A stretch of 63,921 bases of DNA, filler included, from Hyphochytrium catenoides (GCA_900088475.1; 10 parts of 10 records of this genome joined end to end with filler, not necessarily neighbours in it); one strand, 5' to 3'. Positions 37,077 through 50,176 are shown, counted from the first letter of the whole stretch. Notes: generated by a model from the letters alone, not told the origin. Numbers and translations: made by a program.

Positions 37077-39589
37077 ATGTTCATCAAGAAGGATACCCGA
37101 AAGATTATCGAGATTCTGAACGATGAGAATGATGAAAGGACGGAGCTCAGGCTAGGTCGCAGGTACCCGCTCGCTGCCCGGCGTATGCATCCAGCTTTCT
37201 AATCTATCAGTATTTGTCAGCTCTTCTTCCCTCCCTTGATTGCCACCTGATCTCCGAATCCTATTTGGTTCTTCTCTATAAGCATTGGTAACCGTTGGCT
37301 TACTGCTCTTGCTTTATCCTTTCTTCCTTAACTTGTCGTCCTCTGTATCTCTGATCACACGGTCGTTCAATGTGCAGAGAAGCCGAGTTTGAGGGGGGAA
37401 ACGCCTTTCGGCAGCTGTGTGGTCCTCAATACATTGGTGCCTTGTCCCAATTGACAAAGCTCTCATTGTACGGAAATAAGCTAGAGGATCTACGAGGGAT
37501 TCGGAACCTTACTCGGTGCCCACTAGTTGAACTGAACCTTGGCCGAAACTGCCTCTCAGCCCTTCCCCAGGAGGTCAGTCAACTAGCTGATTGCTCCTTT
37601 AGGACATGGATGCTCAGTCTTTCTCTGGCTTCCTAACTGATGTCCATTTTCTCTTACCATGACACACCCTCGCAGTTTGAGCGCTTCTCGATGCTGGAAA
37701 CAGTTTGGCTTGAAGACAACCTCTTTGAAGAGTTCCCGGAGGTACGCTCTCTGACTTGTTTTCCCTTCTTTTTCTCTACTCTTTCTTTCTTTCTCTGGCC
37801 TCTGTCCTCCTCCCTCGTCTTCTTGTTCTTGTTCTTGTTCTTGTTCTTCACTCTGTCTCTAATTCTCTGTGCTGTCTCACGCTTCCTTTCTCTCTCTCTT
37901 GCTCTCCCTCTCTCTTTCTTTCCCAGTCTCTCTCTCTTTCTTTTTCTGTCTCCCTCTCTGTCTTTCACTCTCTCTTTCTCTCTCTCTCTCTCCTCCCATA
38001 TATGCTAGAAACTTTTAGTTGAGCCATTACTCCTTTGCATGTTGCTTATAAACCGAACGTCCCTGCGCTCAGCGCCATATCTATATGCTACCCTCTCTTC
38101 TACGGGCTCTTTCTCTGTATCATGGTCGGGTCTTCCCTTAATCGTTAATCGTGGAATGCTCTATTGCAGGCACTCCTGCGCTTATCCACCCTAAAAGTTC
38201 TACGACTTTCAAACAATAAGATCAGTACGGTGCCGGATAAGATTGCCCTCCTGTCTGATCTACAGACTCTGGTACACTATCGCCTTCTGCCCTTGATCCT
38301 TTATCTCCTTGGCCCTGCCATTTTTCTCTGCTTTGGAAGAATTCTATTCCCACCCTTCTCTCCCAGTCGACCTGCACATTAGCTATCGCCTTCTGCCCTT
38401 GATCTCTTCTCTCCTTGGCCCTGCCATTTTTCTCTGCTTTGGGAGAATTCTATTCCCACCCTTCTCTCCCAATCCACGTGCACATTAGCTGAGTACGGAT
38501 CCGCAAGTTTGTTGTCAGCTCTACCATCAACTTCATTATCTACATTTCTTGTTCTGTAATCTAAAGAGTGCTCACGCTGGCTCCCGTGCAATCGCTATCG
38601 TAGGCCCTAGACAACAACTTCATTGAGGCGCTTCCAGATGGCATTTGGGACCTATGCAACCTCAAGAATCTTCTTCTTAGGTCAGAAGATATCCCTTGCG
38701 CGTAGTTTATTCCTCTCAGTATATTAACCTGCGCTTACGTTGACCCCAGAGGAAACAAATTGACGGCCCTATCTGAGGCAATCGGTGGGCTAAGAGAACT
38801 CGAGACTCTCGCCATTAGCAGCAACGCCTTGAAGGGCCTCCCAAGAGCCATGGGGACTTTATCAAGGTGACACTTCTAGAAGGGCAGTTATGTTACTCCT
38901 CCCAAGCCTACCCTCCTTCCCTGCCATTGGATTCGGGCCTCTCTTTCTTTCTCATTATCTCTCTGTTCATCTGTCGCTCTCTCTCTGTTTCGTTTGTCTG
39001 TCGGTTGTTTCCTCCTTCCCGCCGCTTCCGAGACCTCCCGACTCCTCTCGATAGCAGTTGGTTTCCCACATTGATCATGAGCACCGCTAACTGCCATGCC
39101 TTCAATAGGCTCAAGAGCATCTTTGCAAATAGCAATGAGTTAGAGACCGTTCCACCAGAGCTGTCAGCTCTAAAGGAATTGAAAAAGTTGAACTTGGCGA
39201 ACAATGGCCTAGTAGACCTTCCTTCCTTCCTTTGGGACATAGTCAATGACAAGGCTGCTGCCCCAGGATTGGAGGTCAATGTGAGCGGCAACCCATGTAC
39301 AGACGAACCGCAATCAACATCAAAGGTTGAGAAGGTTGACGATCCAGACCTAGGGGAATCGTTACAAGCCAATGATATCGAGAAGAGTCCTTCGCCTGAT
39401 GCATCTATGGAAGCAGACGTTATGGAGGATCTAAAGGAAGGAAGGTTGGAAGGAATGGAGGCGCCGCTCAAAGAACCAATGCAGGAGGAAGAGCAAGAAG
39501 AACCTGAACCCCTGCAGACAGACGAACTCCAAACACCCCTGGAGACACAGCAAGAACAAGAGATGGTAAAAAGGCAGAAGCTTGCTTGA
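37077..39589 (+). CDS. Leucine-rich repeat protein with acidic C-terminal tail
   Basis: Exons 37077-37162, 37378-37573, 37676-37741, 38170-38271, 38604-38680, 38750-38866 and 39109-39589. It starts MFIKKDTRKII and has about nine LxxLxLxxNxL repeats. Confidence 0.9.
38277..38488 (+). repeat. Intronic tandem duplication, 2 x 106 bp
   Basis: CTATCGCCTTCTGCCCTTGATC...TGCACATTAG occurs at 38277-38382 and 38383-38488 with a few mismatches. Confidence 0.92.
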
Positions 39590-39873
39590 AGGTGGCCGTG
39601 ACGCAGCAGACGTTGGTCATTTATAGGCTAGATTATCGTTAGGCACCATTGGCCCTTGTACCAAAATATAATCAACCTTGTACCCTATAATATAACACAG
39701 GGCATCAACCAGGCATCGACAACCGAGGCCACACATAGTAAAATTCTTAGGGAGACATGTACCGCTCCGCAGATCTATAAAGCGCTAGCTTGAGCTACGG
39801 AGACTCCATAAGGATAAATAAGATGGAAGACTTGGATTGAAGACTGGGCGCAAAAGACAGATGTGGGAGTGCC

Positions 39874-40251
39874 TCAAGCGCGAATGGGGTTGTTGATCAC
39901 GCTTCTATGGCACTTGAGACTTGGCATGCGGAGTCCAGCGAAGCTTCTTGGAGGTCTGCGTCGAAGGGCTCTGGACACCGGTGAGATGATGCTGTCCGTT
40001 GGGCTGACACTACGAAGCGGCGAGAAGGAGAGAGCCAGCAATAAAGAAGAAATGACGGAGAGGAGATGGTTAGACTCTTGCTCGGGGAAGCCTTCGATGG
40101 CAGGCCAGGGAACTCACACTTGCATCGGGAAGATGTTCTGCCGAGACGCGTTTATTGCCCTTATGTCCAAGCTGGTCAGCGCCACCTTATCTCTTCTTAG
40201 AGAGCTTGAGCACGTGCTGAGCGTGAGAGCTGATGATCTTTCTTGCGCCAT
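39874..40251 (-). CDS. Small (about 89 aa) protein with Spo12-like motif
   Basis: Exons 40251-40118 and 40009-39874 (270 nt, GT-AG) give MAQERSSAL...FPMQVVSPTDSIISPVSRALRRRPP... The S-P-T-D-x3-S-P-x-S-x2-L pattern matches the Spo12 family core. Confidence 0.6.
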
Positions 40252-40509
40252 GGCTGTTCGGGCTTTCTCACTGTCCTTTTGATGTTGCAGGTAAAGGTCC
40301 AAAGCAAGAATGAGAGGCTTTTATCGATGACAAAGAGAGAACAGGTCTTTGCACGCCACCACACAGGACGGAGAGGAACAGAAAGGAGAGAACTCTGTCC
40401 ACGTGATCAGAAGGAGAAAGTCCTGTAGGGAAAGGAGAAGAAAGAGAGTTGGAAAGACGTGTACGGAGAGCCAATGCCCCTCAAAAAAGAGAGGTGAGAA
40501 TCTGAGCAG

Positions 40510-40512
<3 letters not shown>

Positions 40513-40555
<43 letters not shown>

Positions 40556-40560
40556 AGAGA
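40513..40560 (+). repeat. (AG)n microsatellite, representative of many
   Basis: Similar AG/CT tracts lie at about 1920, 3590-3667, 29125-29150, 41335-41417, 48640-48695, 53535-53590, 59195-59220 and 60980-61024. Several coincide with N gaps. Confidence 0.95.
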
Positions 40561-43075
40561 AGCGTGCGCAACATGGAGGACCGAGGGGAGACAAAAGCAG
40601 AGAAACGGAGAGAGGAAGAATGGGGGATGCGGTGCTTGAAGAAAAGGGGGGGAGAGAGAGAGAGAAGACAGCGAGAGAGAGACACAGAGAGAGACACACA
40701 GAAAGCGTGAGAAAGAGAGGGAGAGAGAGAGANNNNNNNNNNNNNNNNNNNNNNNNNNNNNNNNNNNNNNNNNNNNNNNNNNNNNNNNNNNNNNGCTGTC
40801 CTCTGATGTCTGTTGGGACAGCATTTCGGCGGGAAGTCCAGAAGCGGCAGTCTTCTAAGGAGCGACTAAATCATTTTGACTCCCTCGACAACACCAGTTG
40901 GCTAGCTACCGCTGCATGAAAAGCAATTAAAAGGTGATTAGCTCTACAGTTGGCAATAGAAATATACTTGAAACATTCGAAGGATTTATTAAAGTAACGC
41001 TTGCTTCTTCCCTTTGAATCTTTCAAAAGTTGCTCACATTCAAAAGAGCGTTACACCAGGTAGGCAAAGGTCATTTTGTGATTTGGTGCCGTACCAACAA
41101 AACCCTTCACACACTCATGGCCCACCCCCCTCCTGAGATTCAGTAGCGGCCCACCCATCCCTCCCTCTTCTGTCTCTTCTGTCTGTCTTGTAAAAAGTTT
41201 ATAGATTGCTGCTCTCCCCTCTCTTCACCTTCTCGATCTTTCTGCGCTGCTCTTTCTCGCCTCCATGAACATCAGAATGACACGGCAAGAAGAAAGAGCT
41301 CCCTGTTCTCTCCTTTCTTTCTCTCTCTTTCTTTCTCTCTCTCTNNNNNNNNNNNNNNNNNNNNNNNNNNNNNNNNNNNNNNNNNNNNNNNNNACTCTCT
41401 CTCTCTCTCTCTCTCTCTTCACTTTTTGCTCTCCAGTTCTACAGATGTGCCTCTTGTGCTCACAGGCCTGTCTCACTCTCCATGCATAGAACGCATGCTG
41501 CCCCAACCAAACACACCTCCGATGGAGGGATAGAAGCTCGACCGGACTCATGGTCTAGGAACTCGATTATCGATATACATTGGATCGTTGTGCTCCTCCC
41601 TTTCTCTCTCTGTCTTGGTCTCTCTTTCTGTCAACCTAGCTGTTCCTCCATCACCATCGCTCTGCATTATCATATATAGTTCTACAGTCTGTCCAGCACG
41701 ATGAGGAAGCACCACGAGGCCTCGGAGGTGGAAAGTGGGAATGGAGCAGGGGGAGCAGGTCATTAGAAAGCGATGCATTCCGTTTCTCCTGTCTCCCTCT
41801 CCTCTCTCTCTTATTATTCTTTATGGTTCTTCTTTCCGTCTCTCGGGTGTGCCCTCCTTCCCCTCACCCCTCATCACCTTCTGTCCGTCCAACAAGGCGA
41901 GAAAGTCCATGCCTTATTCCAACTTTTAGGAGAGAAAGCGTAGGGACTGACTCCATAAAAGATACGTTGATAACGCTGGCTACGAGGCTTGACCTTACAC
42001 GCTGACCACCACCATCACCGGCGGCAGTGATGAGGGGCGGAACTGGACTCCTCTACCTGCCACACGTCTTCCCTCAGAGGAGTCAACATGCTACAGTCTT
42101 AGCGGCCGATGGGAGAGAGAGCGTTTGATAGATGGGAGACGGGCGCTGTCTCCTTAGCCGAAACGAGATAAAGCGTGTAAAGATACGAGGAGGAGGGCCT
42201 TACTGGGAAGGAAAGAGCTGCTAGATGGAGGGTAGATTGAGGTGTATGGAGCAGGAGAGGAAGGAGAGGAAAAGAGAGTGCGGTGTCAGAGGAAAAGAAA
42301 GAGAGGGAAAGCAGCAGGAGAGAATAGAGATAGAGAGACATTCTGGAAACCACAGCTGACCTGTATGCTACGTTCCTTCTTTACTGCCAACAATGCGGTT
42401 ATCCGTTAGCTCTTAGACCTTAAAATCCTTTGCTCGGTCTCATTGTGCCAGGACCTCTCTCCTTCTAGTTTGGAATGAAACTTGTCAAGCGTCCACCTGC
42501 GACCCAAAGCGGAAATCTCTCGAGAGGATGTGTTTCATCACTTCCCCTTGTCTACAAGCCTTGTTAATAACCATGTAGCTCTCGTTCTTGCTCAGAGTCC
42601 GCAAGAGGCGCCAGCACCTGAGCGAGGCTCGCGAGCGTAGAGACAAAGAGTAAAGAAGTGTAAGACAGAAGGACAGAGAAGAACAGTTAGAACCTCGACG
42701 AAGGCATCGGAGAAGACAATGAAGTGCAAAGTGGGATATGGGAGGAGATGAAGGGGGAAGACTTCCCTGCTTAGAAAGACCTCCTCCCCTTTCTCCACGT
42801 GTCTTGTTCTGCTGCCCTGCTGGTTCTACTGATGTCAAGAGTTTAATCTCATGGTCTCGTTTGTGGCCTCAGCTGCGAGCAGAAGAGAAATGGCACCGGC
42901 TAACCTGCCTGAGGAAAGCCTGCGATCAGGACATCGTTCCATCGATTAATGTTACGTCGCATCCATAATACTGCCNNNNNNNNNNNNNNNNNNNNNNNNN
43001 NNNNNNNNNNNNNNNNNNNTTAATTAATTAANNNNNNNNNNNNNNNNNNNNNNNNNNNNNNNNNNNNNNNNNNNN

Positions 43076-44270
43076 CGCGCCACTGCTCAAGCGCTTGCTA
43101 TTGGTATTTGTGGCGTATGCGGAGAAGGCTGACGAGGGGTCCCAAAAGATTGTGCTTCAAGACGTGTCTTCAACGGATTATCTCCTCTATCTGGCAGACG
43201 CAACAGAGCGAATCCAGTGTGAGCTCCCTGCCTCCCTTCGGGTGGTTGCTTGCATCCCTAACATCGTTTATCTTCTGGTGAGCTCCCTGGGCGTTGAATG
43301 CGTGTACTCCACAGATATGTTTGCTGTTACCTGCACTGACAAGGGCTTTGAGCGCTCGCTCTTCTCCACGATGGACTTTCGCTCTGTATTGGCGGCGGTG
43401 GGGATCGCCCTATCGATTTCCGCTTCAGGAACCTTTGGGGTCCAGTCGATGGCCTCACGACTTCGTCGGTTGCTCCATGCTCTTCTCTTGGTGGTCGGGG
43501 TCAGCTTCTCTTCTCTTGCACTTAGTCGGTCAGACAGCAACTCCGCTCTGTTGGTCTTCCTGCAGGCACAGATGCCTCTTGAACTGCTAGCCGCCATTCT
43601 CCTTATCACAGCCACTATTAAGATCCACTTTGGGACTGGGACCATGTACTCAGCTGGCAGTCAGGCCAAGGGTGCCCTATCGGACACTGTAGACGCTGGC
43701 CCCAGGCTGCAAACCTCCCGCCAATTGTTAGACTTAGCCACCAGGCTGCCCCAAATTCGAGTTGATGCACGGTGGGTACACGAGCATGAGACCGTCCTAA
43801 GTGGGCCTCTTGTCCTTGACCTTCTAGTGAGCTGGCTGGTGAGGTGTGATGCTAAGATGCCAGCTTGTGAGCTGATCGTAATCAAGAGGGACGGCAAGCT
43901 TTCCTATCATTATTGCAGGCGCTCTCCAGCTGCTCTTGCGCTAGCAGTGAAGGGTGAAGCTGCCAAGGTTGAGCAAGGAAAGCAAGTGCCAAAGGACTCA
44001 GGAGGTGATGGTAAGGCCAAGGGCGATGAAGGGGAGATTATCCTTGCCTCCGTGAAGGCGAGGGGGAGGATTGCGAGTAAGCTACTGGAGCTGACGGGGC
44101 TGTCTGGAGCGCTCCAGACGGTTGCCATTGAAGTACCAGCTTCTGCATGGTCTGATAAGAAACAGATACAGAAGGAATGGCAACTGCAGAAAGCTGGCGG
44201 GGCTGCTCAAGTCACCATTGGGGTGGGAGAGTTCTTCTCTCTCTGCTTCAACCAGAAGCGGTTTGGCTAA
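43076..44270 (+). CDS. Hypothetical membrane protein, 5' truncated
   Basis: About 1.2 kb of uninterrupted ORF from the contig edge, with 3-4 hydrophobic segments followed by a soluble tail. No family recognised. Confidence 0.6.
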
Positions 44271-45165
44271 GGTCAAACAGTTGCTCTGCTTTAACAGCAC
44301 GGTGGGCTCTTCAGCAATGGGAATGACACCAACCAGGGTGCTCTTGCAAAAGCGGCACCAGTTGCCATGGAAATTTAGGTTAAGATTTCGTTTCCTTGTC
44401 TTTTGCTTTATCTAGTTTACTCTGTTTTGTCTCTTTCTCACCAGCTTCCCACTTCTTTCAAATGTGGGCCTAATCCCTATCATACCATGTGCGAGGCAAT
44501 GCTTCTCTGGCTCCGTTTTCCTTCTTCAGAGATATAGGATGGAAGATGTCTCAGATCCTTGTTGGCCTTTTCCCTTTCAAAACCTAAGCCGACAGTAAGC
44601 TTGTCTCAGTGAAAGGGATCTCCCTAGAAATAGGGCCTTCAGCAGCAGCAGATAAACACCGTTGGTTACCTTTACTCATATTATTTAGTCATTCTTTGTG
44701 TTTAGCGCAGCAATGACAACTAGCCCTACATCTTTCTGTTATCGCGTGGTAGTTGGGCTAGCCTAGCTCTCCACGGCGGGTTATTGATTACTGCCGGCTG
44801 CGTCGTCGGTGGCACCATGGACTTGGCCTCTCATGACTGAGACGTTGTGGCTGTGCTTCTAAGTCACAGCCTGTCGCCAGGAATGAAGTAAGAAGACAGG
44901 TAAGCAGAAAGAAGAAAGGAGGAGCTAAGAACATTGCTAGTAGCAAACTCTCTCCTGTCTTTCAGGTCATTCTCCCCTATGCCTACTTGTTAATTAATCC
45001 TCAATAAAAGGCAATGGCAAATGAGCTTTTGTTGGGTTCTGCAGCAGGCTGATATTACTTCTCTCAGGGGGTTAAAAAGGATTGAAGGTAGATGTTCCTT
45101 TCTGAACTCTGAGGTAAAGCTACGCAACAACGGAGACAAGCATTGGCAGGGACCATGGCATGTTG

Positions 45166-47502
45166 CTAATCCCTCTTCTCTCCTCCACCTCCAGTGTTAC
45201 CGATCGTCGGAGTGACCGGATTGACCTTATGTGGCGAGGCAGACACAAGGCTGAGACGGGGCCCATGAATGCTTCTTCGTCCTCTTCTTCCTGCGTCGCT
45301 GTCTTCCAGTCCGCACCGTTGCACGAACCTATTGAAAGGCTCAATGCAAAGACGCAGCGCTTCTTCTTCAGCCTTAAAGAAGAATTCCTTCTCTTTCTTT
45401 TCCCTCTCCCTTTCTTGCTGACCAGAAGAGGACGTCAGGAACTTCAGCTTCTTGACAATGTCACCTCTTACGCTGTCTTGAATATTTAGCTCATATGGGG
45501 CACCTGTGGCCAAGGTTGGAAGTAATGTAAAGTGGAATAGGAGGAAGCGGGAGAGCGATTGTGAGTAGACAGACGCCAACCAGATCACGAGGACAGACAG
45601 AGTATGCGGGGGAACGGCCAGAGAGAGGTCATGACATTCTATTCTTACCTTGAACGACGAACTGATTGGTGAGCTTCTCAACCATTGCCGCCACCTCCTG
45701 GCTGTCTCCTTCCATCCTCTTATAATTCTGAACTTCCTCGTAGAAGAGCAAGTTTTCAACCTGTAAGGTAGCATATACAGGCGGTAGCAACGGAGTAAGT
45801 ACATGGAGCAAGAAGCAGCGCTGACCAGATTATGTTGATTTCAGGCTTCAGAGAGGAGGGGAGGAGAAAGTGCACCCTAAGCGCTGTGGCCGTAGCGCTG
45901 CTTGGTCTGCTTGGTCAAGCGATGTGAGAAGAAGGCCTGAGAGAGACTCACCGCAAACTCTTTGACCAGATACTCCTTGAAGGAAGCAAGCAGCAATGGC
46001 GACTGCAGTCTGATCCGCAACTCAAAGACCGCCTTAACTGGCTGGAGTGGCGTTGTAGGAGAAAGAAATGGTATGGTCAGAACCCTTCAGATGAGCCATT
46101 ACAGCGTAACGGAGAACAAGGCTCTCAACTGACGGAGAAGACACACTTCTTGAAAAGGTATGCGAGATGTCAACAGATGAAAGGGTCCCACCTTGAGACT
46201 AGAGCCCCCCTCCTTCTGCTTGTTATCCATTTCCTCTCCTGCCTTCTCTCCTCCGCCCTTTACAGCTCCTTTCTTGTCATCGGCTCCTCCACTTTTCCCC
46301 TCGCCATCCAGTGGTGCCTTAGAACCGAAGGTTGCTTTCACGGGAACCACACAGCCATACCAGAGATAAGATACCGCGGCCAGAGCCCAAGCGACTCTTC
46401 CCATCGCGAAGGCAGTTTCACGGGCGGTGAGCGAGAGAGAGGAAGCTCCTCCACCATTGGACATGGAAGATAGCGGGGCGCCCAGAAGGAACCAGAATAG
46501 AATCTTCCGCCAATTTTCCTTGAGATTGAAGGCATCCTCGATGTTCCTCATCAGGTAGGCGAAGAGTAGGTTGAGAACAATTACTGACCACCAGAAAAAC
46601 GAGAGCAATCCGTACTGGAGAGACAGCAAGGTAGTGGAAGAGCAATTGTGAGGGAGGAGGATGTCAGTAAATGATGGCCGTAAGACAAGACCAGCGTGCA
46701 TACCTCTGCTGATGTCCGAGAGAAGCATTCATGAACTCCTTTGATCCCCTGTTCTCCGGTGGCAGCGCTGTCAAGAGGCAGAGCGTCGTTGATGATGGAT
46801 GGGCGGTTCGCCATGAGGACGACAGGCGGGATGAAGAGCAGGACGCCAGATACGGCCAGAATGATTGCGAGAGCTCTGTCCGAGATGAGGAAGGAGTATC
46901 GCGTGAACACGCTTCCTTGCTCTCCCTTCAGCCTGGAGCACTGAAGATTGTACAGGAACCAGTTACGGAAGAGCTGCAGCATCGTACCAGTGAAGAAGGG
47001 AAAGAGCTCTACGGAGAAAGAGAACAGAAGACGAGGGAAGAGGCGGATTAGGAAACGTTGGTCCCAGTGGAAGTAGTGGAGAGAAAGGAGGGCTACATGA
47101 AGCAATCTGGGTGAAGGACACAGAGTATCAACGACGGTAAGAGGGCGCACGCTTGAAGCTTTTTCTTCGGTTGTCACAGGTAAGGGAGTAAGAGCAGCCT
47201 ACAGAGGAAACGCTATCCATTCTTCTTTTGGCAGGCTTACCGAAGTAGGAGAGGAAAATATGCAGCCCGCATGTGATGGGGCTAACAGAGTGTACCATGC
47301 TTACGATAAAGAGAGAGGCACCTATCTGCGTGGAGAGGGATAGAAGGGGTGGGCAGCAACTGACTGGAAAGAGATGCCGCCGGGCCCATAGGAGATAAGA
47401 CATGATCGGAAGGACCAGCAGACTTAGCACCAGGAGAAGAATGAAGACCCCAGACCAGAAAGGGCTGAGAGATCCCACATATTCAGTCTCGTCTGTCCAC
47501 AT
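45166..47502 (-). CDS. 7TM-RGS protein (seven-transmembrane regulator of G-protein signalling), about 509 aa
   Basis: Exons 47502-47241, 47008-46704, 46614-46192, 46041-45952, 45760-45649 and 45503-45166 total 1530 nt. About seven hydrophobic helices precede an RGS box: FKEYLVKEFAVENLLFY...GAPYELNI...FFKAEEEALRL...FNRF. Confidence 0.88.
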
Positions 47503-50176
47503 CTTGTTGGAAGAGCACAATAGCGATAAAACCTGCGGAGGGACCTCTCGTGGCTTCTCTTGGTTGGGTTCCTCTTTCACACTGGCACCCTTTCCTAGCT
47601 CTGCACAATAGGGATGGCCCGGCTGCTGACTGGTGCTGGCCAAGCCTGACCACTAACTACGAATGACTCTACGAGGCCGTCCAATGGCCAGGCAACAAGG
47701 AGGAAGAGCTATCCAGGCACTCAAGACCTCACAGTTAGTGCCGCTGTTGCCTGTGGACAGGGCGCTATACCAGGGCGCTATACCAGGCAAGAACTGAACA
47801 GAGGAGGGTATGACGCTTGACCTTTAATGGGGAACGAGATCATCGGTGAACTCCAAGAAAGTACGAAATAATTGCCTGAGGGGAGCACATCAGCCCCAAG
47901 TGCCAGAGGGAGAGAGGCGAAGAAAGGAGAGAGCGAGAGCGGCGGCGAGTAATGAAGAAAAGATGGGAAGCAAACAAGAAGGGACAAAACGGCTGCTCAC
48001 ATACTTACGTTTTACTATTTTTAGGGATGCGGGTTAGAGCAGTAAACGCCAAAGCAAGCAGAGGCAAGAAGCAGAGAGCAGCGGACGAGCTGTTGCGGGG
48101 CAAAGGTGCTAGGTAATAAGAGAAAAAAGTGAACGAGAGAAGAAGGGAGGATAAGCTAATGCAGGGAAGCGGAGCAACGGCAACAGACAAGACAGTACGA
48201 CAACGTTCTACTACTGGTAGCATTACCATCACCCAGGGTTAAACTATCTCTTTTGGCACGGAACTAGGTCAAGTCAGTGACTAACGAAAGCTTTTGCTAC
48301 ACTTCTCCCTCGTCTCCATTGTGGCGGTTGTGCACTGTCGTGAGACTCACAGCTAGGACAGAAGAAAGGCAGACAAGGCATGGGCTGCTGCCAAAGATAA
48401 GAAGCAGCTAGCATTAGGTCACTGGGGGTAGAAGAAGGGAGGAGATAGTGAGGTTAGCTCATCACACTGCACGCTTTACGGTCGGTTATAAGAGAAAGAG
48501 ACATGAAGAAGGAGGAGGAGATGAGTCAATCATCGGGTGCTCGCCTCTTGTGGAGCGTCATCTTGTGGCGAAGAGAAGAGAGCAAGAACCAGTTCTGAAG
48601 AAAGTGGGAAGGAGTTGGTCCAGTGTCAAGGACAGGATGAGAGAGAAAGAGAGGGAGAAAGAGAGGGAGAGAGAGAGAAAGAGAGAGAGAGAGAGACTGT
48701 AGAGCAAGCCCAACAGACATAAAGAATGCAGCTTACAGAGAGTGAGAGCAAGGGGGAAAGAGAAAGAAGAAGAGGAGATAGGGTGAAAGAGAGAGAAGAG
48801 AAATGGATAGGAAAGGTTAGGAGAGAGAAGATAGAGACAGCCAACTCAATGTTTAACAGGAAACCGTCCAGTGAATTCCTGTGTGGGGCCAACATCCTCG
48901 CGCCTTTTCGAAACTCCTGAAAGTTTCATAGACTCCAGCGAAGAAAATGGATATTTTGAATTTGTCTAAGGTCCTGTGTGGATTTCAAAACTAAATCTTT
49001 CTGGAAAGATATCCCCGGGCCGTTACTGATCACGCAGTCATGAATCTTTCTTCTGCCGCTTTGCACTTCTTCCTTGGTCTTCGGGGCCCCCACTCTCTCT
49101 CCCTCTCCCCTCCCTGCCTGGCAGTCAATCTCTGACCATCACACCTTCTCCCTTGAAGCATTGTTACGGCCTCTGTTCCTCAGCCAGGCAGTCGTTTACA
49201 TCACAAAGCCTTCCTCTTTGGCTTGGTCTTCTTCACTCGTACGCCGTATAAATACCCCTTCGTTGTTACGTCCAGCCTCTCCTCCGGTGAATCCAGTCCT
49301 GGGTAATCAACCAGAAGAAGTGCCCTTAACAGCTGTCCTCCGTCGCTTTCAACTCTTCCCTCTATAGACCTTAGTCCAGAAACCTGCGCCACAAAGAATT
49401 GGCCGACCAGTAGAACAAACGGACCGGATCCGCTTCTTACCATCAGCAGCTGGTCGCACATAGTACAGGCGCGTGAACACCTCCATACAAGGGAAGCAGG
49501 GTTATTAGTCCCGTGTGATACCCAGACAAAGTGAAAGGGAATCTTTCACGGACCAAGGTCTGGGTAAAGACGACAATCATTGGAAAGGAAGCGAAGAACA
49601 AGTATAGGAGGAACGGTGCCGATGCAACGTGATTTACTCTGGGCCAGACTGCACACGGGTTGTCATGACCGTTACTTCAGGAACAGCGGCGTTTACAACT
49701 TACTCTCTTCTCGTTCCCCACTCTCGGCATTGGACTGTCCTCTCGTCTTGTTGCCTCTTCTTATCTCCCTTCTCTGAGTATGCTTGGTTACCTGCCTTCT
49801 TCTTCGAGAGCCCGCCGCGCTCGCAACTAAGATGATGTCGTTCCACGGGAACCGGCAGCACATCACCTTGTCCTCTACACTCATAAGGGTCGGAGTCTTT
49901 CATCCGTTGCTAGTTGAAGGAGGAGAGAGACGAGCTGCCTTTACCTTTCTCATTCCCATGATACGATAGTTCTAAGTCTCAAAGCACATACTTGCCCTTT
50001 GTCGAGAGTCTCAACTACAGTCCACAGTCAGTTCTTCAAAGGCGCTGGCTAAATAATAAAGTGTGTTTACAGTACACCTGTTCGTACAATTGGCCTCTCT
50101 CTCTCCGGGATCACGGCACCGTCAAACTTCCTTTCTTCTTTGAACTCGGAAGTGATCGTTTTGAGAGGTTCTTGCA

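Noticed and set aside
40321-41551. ORFs rich in ERERER or LSLSLS (also near 3534-3958, 48448-48920, 53439-53890, 60400-61136)
   Set aside because: These are translations of AG/CT microsatellites in introns and intergenic DNA.
41900-42975. Possible 3' exons of a minus-strand gene at the contig end
   Set aside because: Splice-like signals exist, but there is no unambiguous frame or homology.
43740-43860. DEP-domain-like segment (VLSGPLVLDLLVSWL)
   Set aside because: Too weak a resemblance to the F.G.ELVDWL consensus to call without a profile search.
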